Shown here: piece by piece, positions 34,459 through 42,052 of the stretch
How the letters are laid out: each line of letters starts with the position of its first letter
How positions within the stretch are numbered: the stretch's first letter is position 1
Source: a virus
Strand: one strand, 5' to 3'
IMG/VR virus record: IMGVR_UViG_3300046010_015054
Location: 32,001 to 96,000 of that record
Length of the DNA: 64,000 nucleotides
Translations under genes and position numbers: made by a program
Notes under the pieces: model-generated
The model's database searches: none
Told to the model about the DNA's origin: nothing
What the model saw: the letters and a program-made list of their open reading frames with translations, nothing else

Positions 34459-35241
34459 ATCGTTAATTTCACGAAACTTTAAAATGTTATAAGATAAAAG
34501 CTCATAATCAACTTGATCAGACAACATAAAGAAATAATCGTTCATGTTTGCTTTTGGTTTTTCAATTAAACCCGCATTTGTGTAACGCATGCCTTCTAGA
34601 GCAGCCATTACTGGGTTTGAAGTATCAATTGATTCGATAAATTGAAATCCATTATACCATCCAAATTCTTGTGGTACTTGACATCCTAATAAATGTACTC
34701 GATCGTTATTTTCAATTACTTTAGTTTCATATAGAGCTGAGATAACAGATAAACGTCCAAGTGCTTTACCTAGGTTTTTATTAGCGTGAGGTACTACATC
34801 ATTATAGTAAGAAGCGCCATATGAAAATGCAATTTTCTTGTAACCTAGATCTTTGTAGGTTTGATAGCAAGTAGCAGCTTCGTGAATAGTAGTTGCTTGA
34901 ACTACTGCTACTTTTTCTACCCCCATAGGTAGTTTAACTTGAGCCCATTTACGAGCGTTTACTACTGATTTGTCTCGATCTTGCCAAACATCAGGTACAA
35001 TAAATTCATTAGGGCGAAGTACACTAATCCAGTGTAGCAAACGATCCTCATCATAAGCATGTCCTAGCTCATGAAGTGAATTATCCATAATAACATAGCG
35101 ACCTTGTGCTACTGATGTTAAAAAATAATCTTGATAGCCTTGCTCTTGATCGAGCAAGTGGGGGAGGCAATAATCATAATCATTAAATAAACGACTATCT
35201 TCTAATAGACATAACGGAGTTTCGTGACTAACTTTTATCAT
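34453..35241 (-). CDS. DpdA-like (TGT-fold) 7-deazaguanine transglycosylase
   Basis: IMDNS, VPDV, VVQ, HLLG, SIDTS motifs in TGT order; no Zn-binding tRNA-TGT tail; directly upstream of queC. Real start is likely ATG 35241 (the track TTG at 35289 is the -33 box). Confidence 0.7.
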   Translation of the reverse strand: MIKVSHETPLCLLEDSRLFNDYDYCLPHLLDQEQGYQDYFLTSVAQGRYVIMDNSLHELGHAYDEDRLLHWISVLRPNEFIVPDVWQDRDKSVVNARKWAQVKLPMGVEKVAVVQATTIHEAATCYQTYKDLGYKKIAFSYGASYYNDVVPHANKNLGKALGRLSVISALYETKVIENNDRVHLLGCQVPQEFGWYNGFQFIESIDTSNPVMAALEGMRYTNAGLIEKPKANMNDYFFMLSDQVDYELLSYNILKFREINDL

Positions 35242-35258
35242 TAAGAATTTATTTATCT

Positions 35259-35289
35259 TGAATTTACAACCAATTTTAAAAAAAAGCAA
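35259..35289 (-). promoter_or_regulatory. Bacteroidota-type promoter (variant) for the dpdA-que operon
   Basis: TTG-N20-TAAATTCA, same 20-nt spacer as four other copies. Confidence 0.5.
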
Positions 35290-35314
35290 GGGAAAATTAT
35301 AAAAATTTTCCCTT
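35278..35314 (-). terminator. rho-independent terminator
   Basis: AAGGGAAAATT/AATTTTCCCTT 11-bp stem followed by GC and a T-tract on the minus strand, downstream of 35340-35855. Confidence 0.65.
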
Positions 35315-35339
35315 CTTTCTAAAATATTTTTTATTTCAA

Positions 35340-35855
35340 TTAAGAATCTGAACCTGGTCCTGTGCCTGGGCTTTGTCCTTGATACCCAGTTGGGTATTGA
35401 TAGTAATAACCACGGCTTTGTAAATTAGTTTTAGCAGATGCTGTATTAGCTATTTCAACTCCAGTTACAATTTCAGCTAAAGCAATAAATTCAGCATCAT
35501 TAGCAGCTTGATCTTCTTGTGCAATCCAACCCCAACATGAAACTGTTGAAATTCTACCATCTGGAGAAGTATTTGCAAATACATCATTTCCACCTACAAT
35601 AATACCATATCCCGTAGCTCCGTCAATACTAGGACTAGGCCACCAACCTTCTGCAGTGCCTGAGTTTGCAATATAGGGGCTGCTATTTTGAGTGGTGATA
35701 GTCATAGAATCATTAGCTAAATTTGATCGACCACCATCAACTAGTAGTCTACTAACAGATCCAGTAACTACAAAAGTTGATGCAGGACGGTTAAAAGTGC
35801 CATATTCTGAAGGAATTTGGTAAAATTGTCTAACTGCTAAAGTTGTTATTGCCAT
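35340..35855 (-). CDS. putative virion structural/decoration protein
   Basis: Gly/Ser/Thr/Ala-rich, almost Lys-free; has its own late-type motif (35885-35892) and terminator. Confidence 0.45.
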   Translation of the reverse strand: MAITTLAVRQFYQIPSEYGTFNRPASTFVVTGSVSRLLVDGGRSNLANDSMTITTQNSSPYIANSGTAEGWWPSPSIDGATGYGIIVGGNDVFANTSPDGRISTVSCWGWIAQEDQAANDAEFIALAEIVTGVEIANTASAKTNLQSRGYYYQYPTGYQGQSPGTGPGSDS

Positions 35856-35916
35856 TTTTATTTATGGTATTTTGTTATACAATAATACATATTAGGATTT
35901 TTTAAAAGAATAATTC

Positions 35917-36162
35917 TTATCCTAAAAATTTTGTTATTTTAAAATGAGGATCTTCTTTATAATAAAACCAAAAACAAGCATTCCTTTCACTACAACTTTT
36001 TAAAGCAATTAAAGGACCTTTGCTAGAGTAAAATTCAGACAAGTCGTTAACAACTCGCTCAATTTGCCAGATTTTTCCGTGAATAGAAGTTCTAGAGATA
36101 CCTTGTTCAGAGATACCTTTAACTTTAATTTTGGATCCTTTAATTAACTTTTTTTTGCTCAA
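35917..36162 (-). CDS. hypothetical basic protein
   Basis: ORF track; coupled to the upstream ORF. Confidence 0.5.
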   Translation of the reverse strand: MSKKKLIKGSKIKVKGISEQGISRTSIHGKIWQIERVVNDLSEFYSSKGPLIALKSCSERNACFWFYYKEDPHFKITKFLG

Positions 36163-36356
36163 TTTTCTAAATTAGATAATTCAGTTTCAATTTGTACTTT
36201 TCTCTCACTTAACTCTTGGAAATAATCCTCTACTTTAATTTGTTTAGGATTTGCGGGGTGGTATTGATAGGCTTCATCTAATAGGCTAGCTACAGATAAA
36301 AGCTCATCAATAAGTTGTGTTTTCTTTTTGTCCTGTTCAGTTAGAAAATTTTCCAT
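36159..36356 (-). CDS. hypothetical helical protein
   Basis: ORF track; first gene after the promoter at 36376-36406. Confidence 0.55.
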   Translation of the reverse strand: MENFLTEQDKKKTQLIDELLSVASLLDEAYQYHPANPKQIKVEDYFQELSERKVQIETELSNLEN

Positions 36357-36375
36357 TTGTTTATTTTATTTTTAA

Positions 36376-36406
36376 TAAATATACTAAACATACTAGTTGG
36401 GGGCAA
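36376..36406 (-). promoter_or_regulatory. Bacteroidota-type promoter
   Basis: TTG-N20-TATATTTA. Confidence 0.6.
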
Positions 36407-36419
36407 GTTAAGTAAAAAA

Positions 36420-37208
36420 TTATTCTTTTAATCTGTAAAATTTTAGATATTTAGCTTTTAAAGATAACCATGGTCCTTCTCCTATAGGCCCTCCTCCACT
36501 ATGATAAGTGCCACCATTTAACCACACTACCCTATTATTAGGTGTATACCCGTTTATAGTTTTATATACAACATAATTATTTACCTTATATAGAGTCTCG
36601 TGAGGATAAAATTCAGCGCTAAATTTAATGGGTTTATCCCACGTTTTTCCACTTACACCCAACCAACTTGGATTATCAAATTTCCATTTTTTAGAATCAT
36701 AAGCAGTTCCATAGTGAATATTCCCAGCCATTGTAGCTTCTTCTTTCCATGAGGGCCAAATAAACTCAAATATATCAAATTCGGGCATTGCTGCTAATTC
36801 ATCAGTCGTCCAAAATGCTGGGAATTGTCCCTTATACCTTGGGATTTCAACCAACGCCTCAATTTTCCCGAATGCTGGTAAAGTAGTTGCTTTTCTCGTT
36901 ATAATCGCTCCTGCAATATAAGGAGTTTCCGTATTATCACTTCCAGTATTTACTGAATTCCAAAATTCAATTCCTTCAGAGGTTAATTTAATATTATTCT
37001 CGTTAAACTTACACGAGTGTTTCTTATTTATTTTTTCACCCCAAGGTGGGGTAAAACGAAAATCTTTTTTTAACTCATCAAAAGTAGTTTTAGTAAAATC
37101 CCATTCTTTAACTAGCTCAAAATTCTCATTATTGTCTTGTTTTTTAAGTCCTAAAAATGATTGAATTTGAAAATTTATTGCTCGCAATCTATTATCTAGC
37201 GTTGCCAT
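36420..37208 (-). CDS. GH16 family glycoside hydrolase
   Basis: FGKIEA, FPAFW, catalytic E-x-D-x-x-E motif PEFDIFE. Confidence 0.8.
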   Translation of the reverse strand: MATLDNRLRAINFQIQSFLGLKKQDNNENFELVKEWDFTKTTFDELKKDFRFTPPWGEKINKKHSCKFNENNIKLTSEGIEFWNSVNTGSDNTETPYIAGAIITRKATTLPAFGKIEALVEIPRYKGQFPAFWTTDELAAMPEFDIFEFIWPSWKEEATMAGNIHYGTAYDSKKWKFDNPSWLGVSGKTWDKPIKFSAEFYPHETLYKVNNYVVYKTINGYTPNNRVVWLNGGTYHSGGGPIGEGPWLSLKAKYLKFYRLKE

Positions 37209-37223
37209 GTATTGTAAAATGTT

Positions 37224-37625
37224 TTAAATTTTTTTAATGTAGGGTCTTTGAGCCCAATATTTTTCGTCTCCATAATAAGTACAAATCTCTTCTCCTACTT
37301 GTATATCTCTTATAGCTATAAATTGAAAAATTTGACTATCTAATGGATTGTGTTGCCATTTAGCATTAGGTGTATCTGAATGATTGTATATACAGCCAAA
37401 TCCAAGAGGAAGAACTTGTAGTTGAGGGTTTTCTATTGGATAAGCAAAAGCATAATCCATAAAAGCTTCAGGGTGAGAGTTAGATAATTTAGTAGGTACT
37501 TCTAATAAAGGACATTCTTCAATAACTTCATTAAGATATATAGGTGAAGTAGCAAATACTCCCCAACCTTTTTGATAGGTTTTTCTTATTTCTAATTTAT
37601 AAGGTCGTTTTAGATTTGAAATCAT
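37224..37625 (-). CDS. SET-domain methyltransferase
   Basis: KGWGVFA, YNHSDTPN, RDIQVGEEICTYYG. Confidence 0.9.
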   Translation of the reverse strand: MISNLKRPYKLEIRKTYQKGWGVFATSPIYLNEVIEECPLLEVPTKLSNSHPEAFMDYAFAYPIENPQLQVLPLGFGCIYNHSDTPNAKWQHNPLDSQIFQFIAIRDIQVGEEICTYYGDEKYWAQRPYIKKI

Positions 37626-37637
37626 TTTACAAATAAA

Positions 37638-38054
37638 TTATTCGTAGAAATAATAAACTTTTTTATGTGCTTCAACGTAAATACCCATTTTAAATTTATT
37701 ATCAATAGTATTTGCAATCATTAAAACAGGAATATTTAAAGTTTCATTGTAAGCATTCATTACAACCATTTTCATTCCTTCTCGCTCTTCAATTGTGGTT
37801 GATTTTACTCGGTAAGTAATATTACCTGAGGTTACAAATCCTTCTCCGTTTACTACATCTAATGTAATATCCCAAACAGCACTGGTTGCTGCTAAATCGT
37901 GATTATCAAAAAATATTGTTTTTTGTTCTACCTGACTCCAAATCATTTCGGAGGTAGACATATAGTTAGTAACTTTATGCCATTTTAGAATTTGTTGCCC
38001 AAATGAACTAAATGATACTAATAAAAAAATAAATAAAACTAATATTTTTTTCAT
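37638..38054 (-). CDS. secreted beta-rich hypothetical protein
   Basis: Sec signal MKKILVLFIFLLVSFSSFG|QQ. Confidence 0.65.
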   Translation of the reverse strand: MKKILVLFIFLLVSFSSFGQQILKWHKVTNYMSTSEMIWSQVEQKTIFFDNHDLAATSAVWDITLDVVNGEGFVTSGNITYRVKSTTIEEREGMKMVVMNAYNETLNIPVLMIANTIDNKFKMGIYVEAHKKVYYFYE

Positions 38055-38056
38055 AA

Positions 38057-39139
38057 CTAATATTTTATAGTCAAATCATCATCTGATTTATTAAATTTTT
38101 GTTTAATTTTTAATTCTCGGGGGCTGAGTTGGGGTTGGGTTTGGATATTTTCTTTATATTCATTTACAAGCTCAACTAAACTTTCAGTAGGTTCAGCTAA
38201 AGTAACTTTTTTTTCTTCAGAAACATCACTTTTAATATCTTCTAAAATAATTTCTTCAGGAAAAATCTCAGGTTCATTATTAGAAACTTCTTGTACTGGG
38301 GTAGGTTCTGGGGTGGTTTGTTTTTTAAACCAATTAAATAACTTCATATCATTTTTATTTTTAGAATTTTCAAAAGCAAAATTAGCTGCTATAACTAATG
38401 CAATTGCTAAAGGATCAAATACAAATATTATAATTAATAATAACCAATTTATGATCCTATCCATGGCAACGCCCGTTAAGTTAGAAAGAAATTTTAAAGG
38501 TCCTAATTCACTTGCGGCTTCACCATTAGTTTTAACTTCTAATATTTGAGTTTCTAAACTAAATATAGAATCATTAACTATATTTAATTTATTTGTTAAA
38601 GCATCATCCGATTTATTAGCAGATTCAATTTGTTTAATAGATGCATTATTAGATCTAACTACTAAATTACCATTCTTATCTGTATATTGAGTAGTTGAAC
38701 CTTTAGATAATGTACCTTTTAATTCAGCTAATGATTGTTTTTCTTGGATAATATTATTACGATTATCTTCGTATAATTCTTTTTTAGTTTCTAATACTTC
38801 TATTTGTTGAGTAACAAAACCATCTTTATTTGCTGTTTCTTGATATGCTGCTGATAAAAAACCATAAATACCCATAGAAGTAATTAAAACAAGGATAGTA
38901 GCAGCTATTGTTAAATAAATTTTTAACATTAAAGGTAAAGTTTTTCTATACTGATAAAGTAAAGAAACAATAATTAGTTTAGCTATTTCTAGAGAAGTTG
39001 CCATAATAATTACAGCCAAACTAGCACCTGCGAAAAGTTTACTAAGGCCGCTTACTGAATAGAAAGCGGCCGAAGCAGAAACTGATAGTGCAGAAAGCGC
39101 TATTAAAAATGGAAATATTTTATTCTGTAGATTTTTCAT
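38057..39139 (-). CDS. multi-pass membrane protein with coiled-coil loop
   Basis: Three N-terminal TM segments, long coiled coil, IIIFVFDPLAIALVIAA TM, acidic tail. Confidence 0.65.
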   Translation of the reverse strand: MKNLQNKIFPFLIALSALSVSASAAFYSVSGLSKLFAGASLAVIIMATSLEIAKLIIVSLLYQYRKTLPLMLKIYLTIAATILVLITSMGIYGFLSAAYQETANKDGFVTQQIEVLETKKELYEDNRNNIIQEKQSLAELKGTLSKGSTTQYTDKNGNLVVRSNNASIKQIESANKSDDALTNKLNIVNDSIFSLETQILEVKTNGEAASELGPLKFLSNLTGVAMDRIINWLLLIIIFVFDPLAIALVIAANFAFENSKNKNDMKLFNWFKKQTTPEPTPVQEVSNNEPEIFPEEIILEDIKSDVSEEKKVTLAEPTESLVELVNEYKENIQTQPQLSPRELKIKQKFNKSDDDLTIKY

Positions 39140-39563
39140 CTTTTTTTCTTATACCTTTATGTTGATCTATTTTATCAAGAATCTCATTTAATAAAGATGC
39201 CTTAATAAAACCAGCCATAGATGCATTTTTAAGTGCACTTATGATTTGAAATATCATAAAAGGTACTACGATTACTTCACTAAGCCAAGCTGTTCCAGTA
39301 AAACCTTGTTCTACCATCAGGATACCTGTTAGAATAACTAACCAAGCAAAGGTATTTCTTAATACTTGTAAAGCTTTACGAGTTTGAAATCCTTCTCTTC
39401 TAGCACCTGCAATCATTCCAAATATGCCATCTAGAAACATAACTCCCACTACGGCTAAATACTGATCAGAATTAGCCATAGTTAGCTTCATAAAATAAGA
39501 ACACATAAAGGTTACACCTGCTGATAACGAAGTAATAGCCAGTAGTGGAAGGTTAAGTTTCAT
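39120..39563 (-). CDS. phage holin (holin-4/toxin-secretion-like)
   Basis: FLDGIFG, 3-4 TM segments, ISALKNA-x3-G, basic C-terminus; follows the endolysin. Confidence 0.65.
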   Translation of the reverse strand: MKLNLPLLAITSLSAGVTFMCSYFMKLTMANSDQYLAVVGVMFLDGIFGMIAGARREGFQTRKALQVLRNTFAWLVILTGILMVEQGFTGTAWLSEVIVVPFMIFQIISALKNASMAGFIKASLLNEILDKIDQHKGIRKKDEKSTE

Positions 39564-39571
39564 TATTGTTA

Positions 39572-40039
39572 TTATTTGTAAGGTTCGTAAACAGTTTTAC
39601 CTGCAGAATTTCTTACTGCACGTAAAATTTGTTTTCTTTGAGGACCACCTTTTTTATAAGATACGTGAACCCAATCTGGTGCTGTTTTAGTACCAAATTC
39701 CCAAATTAACTGATCAAAGTTTAAGTTTTCTTTGATGTAATTAAAGATTTCAGCATTAGATGGACCTTTATGCCCGTCCATATCAATATCAATTGCTTCA
39801 CCTTTTGAGTGTTGTGAAGTAGCTGAACCACCTACTGCTTTATTTAAAGCATCACTTCTATATCCTGAAGATAAGAAGATAGGTACTCCATAATGTTCTC
39901 TAATAGGTTGGAAAATATTTTGAGCTAATTCTTTAGCTGCTTCTAAATGAACTCCCTTTGGAGTATTATCAATACCTTTTCTTTTTGCGGTATCTGATTT
40001 GCTAAATTCAGCGACTGAAAGATTTTCGGATAACATCAT
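39572..40039 (-). CDS. peptidase M15A endolysin
   Basis: SSGYRS, LNKAVGG, SQH, EAIDI, WVHVS Zn-peptidase motifs. Confidence 0.9.
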   Translation of the reverse strand: MMLSENLSVAEFSKSDTAKRKGIDNTPKGVHLEAAKELAQNIFQPIREHYGVPIFLSSGYRSDALNKAVGGSATSQHSKGEAIDIDMDGHKGPSNAEIFNYIKENLNFDQLIWEFGTKTAPDWVHVSYKKGGPQRKQILRAVRNSAGKTVYEPYK

Positions 40040-40041
40040 GA

Positions 40042-40209
40042 TTATTCTTCGGTTTTAGGGGTTTCTTCTTGTTTTACTTCAGTATCACTATCAATTTTAT
40101 CAATAGTATCTACTTTTTCTTTTAAGTTACCTAGCTCATCAGCTAATGTTTCATCTAATTTTGTTTTACCTAGTAAAAATTTCAAAATTGCATTAAAAAT
40201 ATCTTTCAT
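40042..40209 (-). CDS. 55-aa protein with amphipathic N-terminus and acidic tail
   Basis: Not in track; MKDIFNAILKFLLGKTK...EETPKTEE; fills the gap with TAATG coupling. Confidence 0.6.
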   Translation of the reverse strand: MKDIFNAILKFLLGKTKLDETLADELGNLKEKVDTIDKIDSDTEVKQEETPKTEE

Positions 40210-40466
40210 TATCCTATTTCTTCTTCGTTAGACTTATCTTTTTTATTACCACCAAAAATTTTACCTGCTTCAGCAATACCGAAAGCACCAAGAGTGATGA
40301 TTACAAAAGAGTTAAAGATTGTATCACTGATAACGAGTTCTTGACCCATAATACCAGTTGCGACGTCTGCAAGAGCTGCAATACTCATTACTGAGAATGA
40401 CATAAAGCCAACGATAGTTTTTTCGTTGAAATCATTCTTGTCTTTAAAAATGTCACTAAATGCCAT
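40209..40466 (-). CDS. small two-TM membrane protein (holin-like)
   Basis: Two hydrophobic helices and a charged C-terminus; upstream of endolysin; late motif at 40519-40526. Confidence 0.55.
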   Translation of the reverse strand: MAFSDIFKDKNDFNEKTIVGFMSFSVMSIAALADVATGIMGQELVISDTIFNSFVIITLGAFGIAEAGKIFGGNKKDKSNEEEIG

Positions 40467-40525
40467 AATTTTAAATTTAAAAGTTAATTTAATACAACTA
40501 TTATATAAAACATTTATTATAAATA

Positions 40526-41470
40526 TTACCTACTAAATCTAAAAGCTAGACCCGCATAAGTATATTGTATAATATCTGGGGTTCCTTTATTGTAAGAAGC
40601 CCAAGCATCTAAATCGTCTGTTGAATAAACATTTACTTTAGTACCACCAAATACTTTTACAGATTTAGTTAAGTTAATTCCTACCTCACCTCCTAAAGTA
40701 GTAAAGATTGTCCAAACTCCTCCTGCTGAATTAATTTCCATTAAAGGGTAGTTAGGATTACTAGCTGAGGTTAAATAACGATGGGCATGAGCAAATCCAT
40801 TACCTCCAAAAATAGTAATACTTCCATCTTTACTTACTGCAAAATTATAAGCTAAGACTAATTCAGCTGAATAAAGTGTAGCTCCAAATGTTTGGGTGTC
40901 TTCTATTGGAGTGGTTCGAGTACCTCTAATAGTGCCTTGAGTTAATATACCTCTAGTTTCCCAATGTTTATCAGGCGAATATGTTAAAGCTTGAGTACTA
41001 CCTTCTATGGCTTCAATAGATTCACTTCTTAAATCACTAAATGAATTTAAAGAACCTCTAGAAAAACTCATACCCCATCTTGATAAACCTTTAACAGGTG
41101 GTAGACTTGGTACTTGAATTTCTTTAATTACAGTATCAATTTTAACAATTGGTTGTTGATTCTTTATAATCGAATCTAATTCAGTTACTTTAGCACTTTT
41201 TTGACCTGCATAAATATGAAGTTCATTAAAACTAGAATCTAAAACAGCATATTCGGCTTTAGCAGAATCATACTCAGTTTTAATTTCGTTAAGTTTTGTT
41301 TTTTGCTTAGCAATAGTCTGGTTAAGATAAACAGCCTGTGACTTAAGCATAGTCACAGTTGTATCTTTACCTTTAATTAACTCGTAAGGATATCTAGTTT
41401 GAGCCGTCAGACTCGAGTTCAAAAGGAGTAGCGGAAGGAGAAACAGAATCGATGATAGCCTTGACTTCAT
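40526..41470 (-). CDS. signal peptide + coiled coil + C-terminal outer-membrane beta-barrel protein
   Basis: SPI-type signal (LTA|Q), heptad region aa ~45-105, about 8 amphipathic strands, STDDLD loop, terminal YAGLAFRF beta-signal-like strand. Confidence 0.65.
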   Translation of the reverse strand: MKSRLSSILFLLPLLLLNSSLTAQTRYPYELIKGKDTTVTMLKSQAVYLNQTIAKQKTKLNEIKTEYDSAKAEYAVLDSSFNELHIYAGQKSAKVTELDSIIKNQQPIVKIDTVIKEIQVPSLPPVKGLSRWGMSFSRGSLNSFSDLRSESIEAIEGSTQALTYSPDKHWETRGILTQGTIRGTRTTPIEDTQTFGATLYSAELVLAYNFAVSKDGSITIFGGNGFAHAHRYLTSASNPNYPLMEINSAGGVWTIFTTLGGEVGINLTKSVKVFGGTKVNVYSTDDLDAWASYNKGTPDIIQYTYAGLAFRFSR

Positions 41471-41729
41471 TTAGTTGTGTTGTTAAAATTAGTTTTTCTT
41501 CTTGCAACGTCTGGATTGACTCCTTCATTCCAACAACTTTTTCTGTAGTAGATTTATCAATAGCCTTAGCCATTTTAGTGGCTTGTTTCATTTGTTCCTG
41601 TGATTTTTGAAGTAGGAACTTAACTTCATCAACTTTAGGCTCATTTGGTTTTTGAGCCGTAACTGAAATTATAGTGGTAGCTAAAATAATAGATGCTACT
41701 CCTATAATGTAAGTTTTTTTAACGTCCAT
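41394..41729 (-). CDS. exported or membrane-anchored coiled-coil protein (spanin-like)
   Basis: N-terminal hydrophobic segment (VTA|Q) and long heptad repeats; overlaps the next gene by 77 nt. Confidence 0.5.
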   Translation of the reverse strand: MDVKKTYIIGVASIILATTIISVTAQKPNEPKVDEVKFLLQKSQEQMKQATKMAKAIDKSTTEKVVGMKESIQTLQEEKLILTTQLNEVKAIIDSVSPSATPFELESDGSN

Positions 41730-41980
41730 TATTTCATGATTTGAAGCATTTCAACCTTGCTTATCATGTAACCTAATGTAGAATCACTTCTACGAACGTG
41801 TTCAGTTAATAACTCAATTTTTTGGTCTTGACCAGCTACACGCTCGTCGTATTTACCGATCAAATCAGAATTGCTTAATTTGATATCGACGTATAAATAA
41901 CCTATAGCAACAATTACTAAAAACAGTAGACCTTTTGTAGGATCTTTTGAAAATTGTTCAAAAGTAATAGGTAGTTTCAT
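41729..41980 (-). CDS. inner-membrane-anchored coiled-coil protein (i-spanin-like)
   Basis: Single TM GLLFLVIVAIGYLYV then helical heptads; late-type motif GTATTTAT at 41997-42004. Confidence 0.5.
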   Translation of the reverse strand: MKLPITFEQFSKDPTKGLLFLVIVAIGYLYVDIKLSNSDLIGKYDERVAGQDQKIELLTEHVRRSDSTLGYMISKVEMLQIMK

Positions 41981-42004
41981 AATTTATGGGTTTATTATAA
42001 ATAC

Positions 42005-42027
42005 AAAGAGGTGTCCGAAGACACCCC
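42005..42027 (-). terminator. rho-independent terminator after nrdA
   Basis: GGGGTGTC-TTCG-GACACCTC-TTT (cUUCGg tetraloop). Confidence 0.8.
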
Positions 42028-42052
42028 TAGTAAAAAAGAAATTTAAAATTAT

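Noticed and set aside
34453-35241. tRNA-guanine transglycosylase (Tgt) for queuosine
   Set aside because: Too short, lacks the C-terminal CxCxxC/H Zn site, and no QueF/QueA in the window; a DpdA-like call fits better
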